Assembly: GCA_000388065.2 (NCBI GenBank)
Contig: KB932203.1
From: Fonticula alba ATCC 38817
Lineage: Eukaryota; Protista; Nucleariida
Strand: one strand, 5' to 3'
Length of the DNA stretch: 17,284 nucleotides
The translations under genes and the position numbers were made by a program. Positions 8,901 through 17,284 of the stretch are shown here, one piece after another; the first letter of the stretch is position 1; every line of letters starts with the position of its first letter. The notes beneath the pieces were generated by a model. That model did no database searches. It saw nothing but the letters and a program-made list of their open reading frames with translations, and was not told the DNA's origin.

Positions 8901-10077
8901 TGGGTGCCCGGGTGCCGGCCGAGCACATGCTTTTGAGCCGGCCGCTGGTGCGCATCTTCACGCGCATCGGTGCCAATGATGACATTGTGGCCGGCCGGTC
9001 GACCTTCATGGTGGAGATGTCGGAAACCGCGCGGGTGCTGAATCGCCAGCGGCAGCCGGGCCCCGGGGCCGTGTCCGGGTCGTCGCCCGGCTCGGCCGCC
9101 CTCCGGGCCAACCTCCTCTTCCCCACGAGCCTGCGCCACCCGTCGGCCGGGCCGTCGCTGGTCATCCTGGACGAGCTCGGCCGGGGGACCAGCACGCATG
9201 ATGGCTATGCCGTGGCGTATGCCGTGCTGCGGGAGTTGCTCGTTCGCCCGGCCGGCTCGCTGGTTCTCTTTGCCACGCACTACCACCAGCTGTCGGCGGC
9301 CTTCGTCCAGGGGCCTGGTGCCGAGCAGGCCGCCCGGGCCCCGGTCCGCGGCATCCGCGCCTGCCACATGTCCTACGCCCTGCACAAGTATGTGGCATTG
9401 CCTGCTGTCCTCTTTCCTCTTGCTCTGCCTTCTTTTCTCCTGTTCTGTCTTCCTTCCTCTTGCTCTGCCTTCTTTTCTCCTGTTCTGTCCTCCTTCCTCT
9501 TGCTCTGCCTTCTTTTCTCCTGTTCTGTCCTCCTTCCTCTTGCTCTGTCCTCCTTCCTCTTGCTCTGTCCTCTTTTCTCCTGCTCTGCCTTCTTTTCTCC
9601 TGCTCTGCCTTCTTTTCTCCTGCCCTGTCCTCTTTTCTCCTGCCCTGTCCTCTTTTCTCCTGCTCTGTCCTCTTTTCTCTTACTCTCTCTTTCCCTCGCT
9701 CCCTCTCCCCCCCCCATTGCCGCCTCCCCTGCAGTGGTAACCTCGTATTCCTGCACACTCTGGCCGCCGGACCGACTGAGGCCTCCTTCGGCCTGAATGT
9801 GGCCCGCATGGCCGGCGTCCCGGAGGGGATCATCGCACGTGCGGCCGAGGCATCGCGCAAACTCCTGCCGGAGGGTGTCGCCCCCGGCCCCAGCCCTTCG
9901 GGCGGGCTGGGCATGGTCAACCCGACATCGAGCCCGGCCCCGGGGCCCGACGTCCTGGAGACCTACCATTTGGCCGACTCGGTGGACCTCCTGCGCGCGG
10001 TGCAGGGCGCCCGCGCGGCGGCCGACGGCACGCTGGACTTCCAGACCGCCAACTTCCTCCTGCGTCTGCAGCGCTGA
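5079..10077 (+). CDS. MSH6: DNA mismatch repair protein MSH6 (MutS-alpha subunit), 1500 aa
   Basis: join(5079..5211,5361..9387,9735..10077) = 4503 nt, in frame. N-terminal PIP box QKSLLAFF. MutS domain I: YDPKTLYIP...[32 protein letters not shown] (F-X-E). Walker A GPNMGGKSTLLRQ, STFMVEMSET, Walker B SLVILDELGRGTSTHDG and FATHYH are present. The C-terminal VFLHTLAAGPTEASFGLNVARMAGVP is restored only by splicing 9388..9734. Confidence 0.95.
5118..5141 (+). other. PCNA-interacting (PIP) box of MSH6, QKSLLAFF
   Basis: Matches QxxLxxFF near the N-terminus, as in MSH6/MSH3 proteins. It lies in exon 1, which the supplied 5423..9796 ORF omits. Confidence 0.85.
5426..5485 (+). repeat. 24-bp in-frame tandem repeat (2.5 copies) encoding KIEPTSVV-KPEPTSVV-KPEP
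   Basis: AAGATCGAGCCGACCTCGGTGGTC / AAGCCCGAGCCAACCTCGGTGGTC / AAGCCCGAGCCG. Confidence 0.88.
5951..5980 (+). repeat. (GGC)10 encoding poly-Gly just before MutS domain I
   Basis: Ten perfect GGC triplets in the MSH6 reading frame. Confidence 0.95.
9401..9680 (+). repeat. 20-bp pyrimidine-rich minisatellite (13 units plus 1 degenerate) filling MSH6 intron 2
   Basis: Units such as TGCTCTGCCTTCTTTTCTCC and TGTTCTGTCCTCCTTCCTCT recur at exact 20-bp spacing from 9421 to 9680. Confidence 0.92.
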
Positions 10078-10447
10078 GGCCTGGCATTGTCTCCCTCTCC
10101 CCTTCTCTCTCTCCCCCCCCCTCTTTCTTTCTTTCTTTCTCTCTCTCTCTCTCTCTCTTGTGCGCGCGCGTGCATGCATACAGGCACACATACGCGCGCG
10201 TCCCATACACCCGGGTGCATGTGTGCGCGCACGTACCCGCACGCACCAGCCTGCCCAGTCTCAATAGAAATGGCGTCCGCCCCTCCCTTCTCCCTGTCCT
10301 CATGCGTGGGCCATGCATCTCTCCCGCGACACAGACCGCCAGTCAATGTGTCTTGCTTCATTCTACACACATACAGAGAGGGGCAGAAGCAGCCAATCGC
10401 AGACTCGATGCACACACGGCTTTGGGCTCCGTCATCCGGAGAGGCGG

Positions 10448-13332
10448 CTAGCCCGCGGTCGGCCGGCGCCGTGCCAGACGGGACAAAAACTGGCGGAACT
10501 CCGGCTCGCCGCCGGCACTGGGGTGGAGGACGGCCCGAGCTGGGGTCAATTTGGGGAAGCAAGAAGAAGGGAGAGCGGTCGACCTGCCATGCCAGCAGCA
10601 AGGGCAGATGCAAGAACACACGGGCAAAGAGGAGGGCAAAGAAGAGGAAAAGAAAAAGGAACATTCGTACATGACGGCCAGCAGGCTCAAGCCAATGGCC
10701 CCAGCCGCGCCCAGGTGCAGAAGAGCCGGCCGCACGGTGAAAGCCCCAGCCAGGTAAGGTCCATAGGCTGCCTGCTCGGCGCGCGCCAGCAGCCACCCGG
10801 CCGCAGCCAGCCCGACGAGGGTGCTCCACCGGGGGACACAGGCGCGCCAGGTGGGCCCGTGCCCGGCCCCCGGCGGCCGGCATCGGGCAATGCACCACCA
10901 GCCGGCCGCCACGCGCAGGGCCATGGCCACCCCATTGGCGGCGACCAGTAGAACCACATACACGGCATCCGGCGGCACGCGGGCCAGCCAGGCCCGCAGC
11001 CAGGGCGCGCGCGCGCCCGGCACCAGGACCAGCCCGGCCGCCGCGGTGCCCATGTAAAGCAGCGACACGAACGTGCTGGCCTTCAGGTGAGACCGGAGGA
11101 CGGGCCGCGGCGCGGTCGATGTCACAAAGGCTGTGGTTCGGGGAAAACCCAAGGCGCCCGGCCACGGCAACGCCACCGCGGCAAAGGTAGCGCCGCCATA
11201 CACCGAGAGGAAGATCACAGGGCGTCAGCGAGCGTTCGACATAGAGCAGGGAAAGCACGAGCCGTGGCGAGAGGGACAACGGCGCGGGGGCAAGGGGCGG
11301 GCGGNNNNNNNNNNNNNNNNNNNNNNNNNNNNNNNNNNNNNNNNNNNNNNNNNNNNNNNNNNNNNNNNNNNNNNNNNNNNNNNNNNNNNNNNNNNNNNNN
11401 NNNNNNNNNNNNNNNNNNNNNNNNNNNNNNNNNNNNNNNNNNNGGGCAGTGGCCCCTTGAGCCCCTGTCCGGCGGTGCTGGATCGCACGCACCCTCGACA
11501 ATCCCATTGACACCCATCACCAGGATCGACAGGGCATAGACGCCCAGCGAAATGCCCAGGGCCGAGGGGGCAAAGGCGCTCCCGGGGCCATTGCCGAGAC
11601 CGAACCAGCCGGCCGGGCTCTGTGCCAGGAGCCCTGGCAGCCCGGCCGAGCCCAGGCCGCACAGGGGCCCGATGGCCGGGGTCCACCGGCCGCCAGGCCC
11701 CCCGGCGCCGCTGGACCACGCCCGATTGAAAACCAAGAGGGTCAACGACCGGGAGCACATCCAGCCGAACACCGCGACGCAGGATCCGATCAGCAGCGAG
11801 AGCCTGAGCGTCGAGTGGAAGAGCTGTGCATCGCGTCAGTCCATGGCCGAGCATCGGGCGCGGGGGAAAAGAAAACGGCCGAGCAAGCAGCTGGCCGGCG
11901 CGCACGTCCATCGACAGGCGCCACCGGTCGGCCGGCGACCGGGCCCCGGCCTGGGCCGCCTGGCCAAACACCTGTCGCGCGCCCTCCTCCAGGGGGGCAT
12001 ACACAAAGCGCAAGATGAGGCCGCCTGCGAGGTGGCAGCATGCAAGCGCGGCCGCGCGGACACATACACAAACGCACCACATGCACGGGCAGCGACGGTG
12101 ATAGGCGCGTCGGTCAGTCTGGGGATCTTGGGACCACATGTTCAGGCTCCCTTCGCCCTCCCTCCCCCTCCTTTCTCTGTCTCTGGCCGCCCGATTGGCA
12201 GGGACCCCCGGGCGCTCGCGCCACAGCCACGCACCATACGCATAAACCATGCCGAAGGTGCCGAGAGCCGACGCCGGGACCAGCCACCCGGCCACCAGGC
12301 GATCGCCCTCCGACAGAAGGTACTTGATGGCGGCACTTTGGCCAAAGGCCAGCGAGTCGCCCAGCAGGTCGGCATCCAGCCGGGGTCCTAGCCGGCCGGG
12401 GGGGCCCGCACGGCCGGTCAGAAGCCCCCACAGCAGGGCGCTCGACCTGCCCCCCGGGAGACCACAGCCCGGCTGGCTAGCGACGGCGGCCAGGGCCCGA
12501 TCATTGGCCCGAGCCCAGGCCCACCAGAGGAGCCCGGCGGAGGCCAGCTGCGCCACGGCGAACGGCAGCAGCCGGTCAGCGGAGGTGTCCGGGCCGTTGG
12601 CAAGCCGGCCGCCAGCGGCCACCAGCGTCAGGAGCAGGCACACCGCCCGGCCGAGCGACGCCCCGGCCTCGGCTGTGGCGGCCACTTCCACCGGAGGGGG
12701 CCCCGGTGCGTCGGCCGGCATTTGGGCCGCCAGGAAGAGCGCCAGGGCATATTGCAGCACGCAGGCCGCCTCGACCAGCGCCGCCAGGAGGTACATCCCC
12801 AGTAGCAGCCCTGCCAGCGGCCACACGGCGTCAGTGCAGGCCACAAGTCGCGAGGGCGGGTGCAATGAAAGAGACGGGGCGCAGCGCGACATCGGCATCA
12901 CCCTCCCGGCAGAGGGGCCGGAGACGTACAGCTGACCGCGCCACTTGGACAGGCACTCGAGCCGAACGGCGCATAGATGGCCGCAAAAAGGAAGAACACC
13001 GCCCCGGTGATCGGAAGGGACAGGGCCGCGGTTCGGACCACGGCCGGAAGCTCGGCCACCGGGGCGGTGCCGGCATCGCGGCCTGACGCAAAGCGCCGCG
13101 TCAAGCTCACGCGGAAGCACTGTGGCCAGGGGAATGTCGATAGGGGCGGATCCCGGCGTCAACAACTGGAGCGACAGATGACAAGTGTGCGCAGGCCCCC
13201 TCCTCCCCACGTGGCTGCACATGTACACACTTGAATGCATGCGCACACACACACTTGAATACATGCACACGCACACGCACACACACGCACACACGCACAC
13301 ACGCACACACGCACACACACACTTGAATACAT

Positions 13333-13393
<61 letters not shown>

Positions 13394-13599
13394 AATACAT
13401 GCACACACACCTCGCGCATGAGAAACAGCGAGGTGGCCACCAGCAAGTCGAGCTTCACCACCTGGCCGAAGAGGTCCGGCGAGCTGCGCCGCGAGAGGAC
13501 CAGCTGGTTGAGAGCGAAGCTCAGCAGACGTGGCACCACACCGAGGGCCACCACCCGGCCGAGTCCACCGAGGGCCGCCTCAGCGGCGGGTGCGTCCAT
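10448..13599 (-). CDS. RFT1: RFT1-family ER membrane protein (Man5GlcNAc2-PP-dolichol translocation, N-glycosylation), 644 aa
   Basis: Exons 13599..13411, 13119..12930, 12810..12235, 12024..11906, 11823..11493, 11130..10671, 10517..10448 total 1935 nt with all phases consistent. RFT1-like motifs: RLLSFALNQLVL...LDLLVATSLFLMRECFR; QSAAIKYLLSEGDR; YGGLILRFVYAPLEEGAR; GVNGIVEAFV; ANGVAMALRV. Many hydrophobic helices. Intron 5 contains an N gap. Confidence 0.88.
11305..11443. other. Assembly gap (139 N) inside RFT1 intron 5
   Basis: Run of N. The flanking exons join in phase (GIVE/AFVT), so probably no coding exon is lost. Confidence 0.97.
13224..13410. repeat. Compound (CA)n microsatellite with four TTGAAT(A/G)CATGC interruptions in RFT1 intron 1
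   Basis: TTGAAT occurs at 13231, 13255, 13323 and 13391 within CA/CG runs. Confidence 0.9.
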
Positions 13600-14317
13600 T
13601 GTCCGGGCCGAGGGTCGGCAGGCAGACGCGCGTGCAGGAGGCAGGGGGGAGGGCGGGGGGCGAGGGGGAGAGAGGGCAGAAAAGAACGAGGCGTAAGCAA
13701 ACCCCGGGGGCCAGGGCAGGTGCAGAGGACGCTTGGATTCCGCCCTGGCCGCGGGGCGCCCGGCGCTTCTTGAAATGCCGCGCGCGCGCGCGCGCCGATC
13801 GCCAGCATGCCGGCGCCGCGTCCCCCAGAGCAGATGTGGGCTAGGCGACGCGCGCCGCCATGCGTCATCACGTGCGCCAAGCTCCCCGAGCGGAGGCCAG
13901 CCACACACGCACATGCGCACGCACACACACACGCACGGGCAAACGCGCGCCGCGGTCTTTTTGTTCGTTTTTTTTCTTTTTTTGGTGATATCTATATTTG
14001 AGCAAATACACAAGGCAAAGGGTAGGGAAGGGGGGGGGGGGGAGGAGGAGAGGGGGAAGGAGGGAGGTGCACATGCACACGCGGGGCACGGCACTGGCCG
14101 CCTCTGCCGGCCGCCCCTCCCCCGGCGCGTGGACGAGGGGGAGCGACGGGCAGGTGACAAGTAACATGGGTAGGGAGGGAGGCGGAGGGGGGAGTGGAGG
14201 CGAGAGGAGGCCGTGCAGGGCGCGCGCGCGCGCCGACTCTCTGTCTGTCTTTTGAGCGGGCCCCGCGGGGCAAATGGGTGGTGCTGCGGGCCAGGGAGGG
14301 GGTGCTGTTCACACAAC

Positions 14318-15910
14318 TTACTCGAGGACGATCTTGCAGCCAAGCTCCTCGAAGAGCTTGACCATCTTCTCGGCCTCCTCCTTGGAGATACCCTCCTTGA
14401 TGACCTTGGGGGCCTCCTCGACGAACTTCTTGGCCTGTGCTCATATCGTGGCAGGGAACACCAGCGGCAGTGTCCGGGGGGTGGGGGTACAATGGCGTGT
14501 GAGGGGGAGGCGCTTTGCCGGGTGGGCGGGCAACAGAGGCGAGCATGCGGCCGAAGGGGCCGGCTGTCTTCCCCTCGGGTGGTGTGACGCGTACGGTGAC
14601 CAGGTTCAGGTGGGGCAGGAGGTTCTTGACCTCGCGGATAATCTTGACCTTGTTGGCGGCGTTGATCTCGACCAGCTTGACATTGAACTCGGTCTTCTCG
14701 GGCTCGGCGGCCTTGACCTCCTCCTGTGGACGGAGACCGGGCAACAGGGGACAGGAGGGAGCGGGGCGGTCGGGGAAAGGCAGGGGATTAGCACGGGGCG
14801 GCAGCCTCGAGGCGCAGAGAGGGGGCCAGCGCGAGCGATGTGCCGCCATTGACACAGGCAGGGGGAGAAAAAAGAAGGGCAACGGAGAGACGGACCTCAG
14901 CGGCAGCGGCACCACCACCGGCACCGCCGCCCATACCGCCCATCATGGCGCCCATGGGCATCATCGGCATGTCGGAAAGGTTGAGACGGGACTGGGGCGG
15001 TTCCCATGGTCGGGGGCGGGCGCGAGGGGCGAAGGTCAGCGGCGTGAGGAGTGGCAGGGCGCACCAGGCAGGACGCGACAGAGCCCAGGCCGGGCACGCA
15101 CCTTCAGGACGGAGACCAGCTCGGAGGTCTCGATGAGGGTGAGCTTGGTGATGGAGTCGGCGATGGCGGCGACATTGGGGCTGACGTTCTCCGGCTCAGA
15201 GGACATGAAGCGGGCGGGGACGGCGCGCACAGCGGTGGCAGAGCTAGGGCGAGGCGGGGGAGGAAAAGATGGTCAGACGAAGTGGAAGGGCAGGACCCGG
15301 GGAATGGCGCGGGCCGACCAGCCGAAGGGCAAGAGGCGAGGGGGACTTACCGGGCGGCCAGGACGGGGCGGATGGCCATGGAGCGGAGGGCAACGCGAGA
15401 CTGTGGGCATTCGCGCCGAGGGAGTGGCGAAGCAGGCAAAGCGGGAGGTCAGTGGACTGGTCGGCGATGGCATGGCACAGGGCGGCGAAGGGGGCACAGC
15501 CGGCGTCCGGCCGCGTGGGAGCAGGGACGGGGGCGTTGCATGGTCGGGAGCCGGTGTGCGGCCCGAGGCCCGGCGGAGCAAAAGCCGGCCGAGGCCCACG
15601 GGCAGGCACCGCGCATGCATCTATCGCTGTGCATTCCGCCCCCGCCTGCCCCTCCCCATCGATGGAAGAGGGCAGAGGAGACGCGCGCGTGCGCTTGGCA
15701 GGCTTGAGGCCAGGCACACGTGTCCAGACGTCGGGGAGCGACCTGCACATCGCCAGGGCCCCGCGCCACCGGGGCGGTGCGCGGCCAGGAGGCTCGTCAC
15801 CACGACCGGGACCGCGGCAGGCAGGCGAGAATATTCAACGAGAGGGGGGGCGAGACCGGGAGGCCAGAAGGAGGGAGGCAGGTGGCAGCCGCGGGCCGAC
15901 GTACAAGCAT
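14318..15910 (-). CDS. MRPL12: Mitochondrial ribosomal protein L7/L12 (bL12m), 179 aa with N-terminal presequence
   Basis: Exons 15910..15905, 15400..15351, 15243..15102, 14991..14896, 14723..14595, 14434..14318 total 540 nt. N-domain VAAIADSITKLTLIETSELVSVLK and C-domain EKTEFNVKLVEINAANKVKIIREVKNLLPHLNLVTAKKFVEEAPKVIKEGISKEEAEKMVKLFEELGCKIVLE* are typical of L7/L12. Arg/Ala/Ser-rich, acid-free presequence MLSRVALRSMAIRPVLAARSATAVRAVPARF. The 6-nt first coding exon is the least certain part. Confidence 0.92.
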
Positions 15911-15955
15911 GGTGACCGAGGGTGGGTAGAGGCGGCCGGCGAGAACCGAGCGCGG

Positions 15956-16255
15956 NNNNNNNNNNNNNNNNNNNNNNNNNNNNNNNNNNNNNNNNNNNNN
16001 NNNNNNNNNNNNNNNNNNNNNNNNNNNNNNNNNNNNNNNNNNNNNNNNNNNNNNNNNNNNNNNNNNNNNNNNNNNNNNNNNNNNNNNNNNNNNNNNNNNN
16101 NNNNNNNNNNNNNNNNNNNNNNNNNNNNNNNNNNNNNNNNNNNNNNNNNNNNNNNNNNNNNNNNNNNNNNNNNNNNNNNNNNNNNNNNNNNNNNNNNNNN
16201 NNNNNNNNNNNNNNNNNNNNNNNNNNNNNNNNNNNNNNNNNNNNNNNNNNNNNNN
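15956..16255. other. Assembly gap (300 N) upstream of MRPL12
   Basis: Run of N; probably covers part of the MRPL12 5' UTR or promoter. Confidence 0.97.
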
Positions 16256-16285
16256 GCTGGTTTATGGGCTCCGTGGCCGATGGCG

Positions 16286-16286
<1 letters not shown>

Positions 16287-16322
<36 letters not shown>
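16287..16322. repeat. Poly-G homopolymer (36 nt)
   Basis: Seen directly. It lies near an assembly gap, so the length may be inaccurate. Confidence 0.85.
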
Positions 16323-17284
16323 CGCGGGGACCCCAGCGCGGGCGCCGTCCCGGTTGGCTGCCAGCCCCGCCCCCGCGCCTCGAGCCGCTCGCTAGAGTGC
16401 GGGGGGTGGCCAGCGGGTCGCAGGGGACGGGCAGGAAGCCGACCCGAGCCGGCCGGCACACGGCCCCCGGGCGAGACCAAGCGTCTCCTGCCCACTCCCC
16501 GGCCCATCTACGCGGATGCCATCGTTCGAGCGCCTGCACACGAGTGAGCCGCGGCCGCTTGCATCCGCCGCTCCGAGAGTGTGACCCCAGGCATGCCTCA
16601 TGGTTCTCGGTGGATCGCACCGAAGCACCCACACACACACACACACACACGCATGAATCTCCTGTTCTTGTGGCTGGCGCCCGCACCAGGACGCCGCGCA
16701 GCGCCCAGGAACATCGCATCACAGGGCCGAGCAGCGAGGCGAGCGGGTGTAGGTGTGTGCGCGTGTGCAAGCGGCGGCCCCCCCTCCCCCCCTCCCCCTT
16801 CCCGATGAACGGACGCCCCAGCGCATGCCCCGCCCTGCGTCCCCTCCCCACCATCGCACAGGGAATCACAACGCGAGCTAAATGGGCCAGTAACCCCGGC
16901 CCGGAAGCTAAACCCCGGATCTTGGGAAATGGTGTTTTTTATTTCTGCAGGTCGCGTGATAATGTGATCACGCATGGCGATGGGCGATCGACGCCCAGAT
17001 CGCCCGGCGGGCGGGGGAGGGGGGGGGGGGGGGCAAGGACAGTGTAGGGTAGCGCAGATGCACGCGACAAAAGGACCAGGGAAGGGGGAAGGGAGAGCGC
17101 GCAGGTACACACGGGCTGCGACAAGGCGCGAGGAAGGAAGGTGGGGGACAAAGGAGGCCCCCCAGGGGAACGGAGGCCGAGCGAGGGCACAGCACACGAG
17201 AGCAAGACGGAGAAGGGCGGGGGGGGGGATGCGGGCGCAAAAAGAGGGCAATCCAAGAGGGGAGAGGGGGGGGGGGGGGGCGAG

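Noticed and set aside
5846-9385. 1179 aa ORF on the - strand
   Set aside because: It is an antisense shadow of the GC3-rich MSH6 coding sequence, with no recognisable motifs and low-complexity G/R/P/Q composition.
9401-9680. Possible CRISPR-like array
   Set aside because: The units are contiguous with no unique spacers, there are no cas genes, and the context is a eukaryotic intron.
9388-9796. Hydrophobic C-terminus (LLLCLLFSCS...) of the 5423..9796 ORF, resembling a membrane anchor
   Set aside because: It is read-through of the minisatellite intron. Splicing at GTATGT...GCAG restores the conserved MutS C-terminus.
10159-10235. Alternating purine-pyrimidine palindromic stretch between MSH6 and RFT1 (possible terminator, MITE or Z-DNA)
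   Set aside because: The self-complementarity follows trivially from CG/CA dinucleotide repeats common across the window. There are no terminal inverted repeats with target-site duplications.
11225-13408. 727 aa ORF starting MCACIQVCVCVC
   Set aside because: It is a composite of microsatellite translation, true RFT1 exons 3-4, introns and an N gap.
16392-16930. Possible small - strand exons (e.g. after TGTGCAG near 16530, or IKNTISQDPGF near 16940)
   Set aside because: Several frames are equally plausible, and I found no homology or consistent exon chain to support a model.
15269-17047. 592 aa + strand ORF and other ORFs crossing the N gaps
   Set aside because: They are open only because N codons contain no stops; their composition is non-coding-like.

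Overview
Eukaryotic, very GC-rich, intron-containing genomic DNA. The style (GTGCGT donors, CA microsatellites, Ala/Gly/Pro-padded proteins, N gaps) resembles a protist such as Fonticula alba, but that assignment is an unverified impression. Most long ORFs in the supplied track are GC-rich shadows or microsatellite artefacts. I built five gene models by hand from splice sites and reading-frame phases. (1) The 3' end of a tRNA dimethylallyltransferase (MiaA/IPT9-like, + strand). (2) An unrecognised ~875-895 aa protein with NLS-like, SUMO-consensus and repeated CxxC...GHF motifs (- strand, 4 exons). (3) MSH6 (+ strand, 3 exons, 1500 aa), head-to-head with gene 2. (4) RFT1 (- strand, 7 exons, 644 aa). 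(5) Mitochondrial ribosomal protein L7/L12 (- strand, 6 exons, 179 aa). There are two assembly gaps and many simple repeats, and no CRISPR, mobile element or rRNA/tRNA gene that I can support. I see no firm evidence of a new multi-gene system. The best leads are the orphan Cys/His protein sharing an upstream region with MSH6, the bacterial/IPT9-type tRNA-IPT, and the strong +4 C bias at splice donors.
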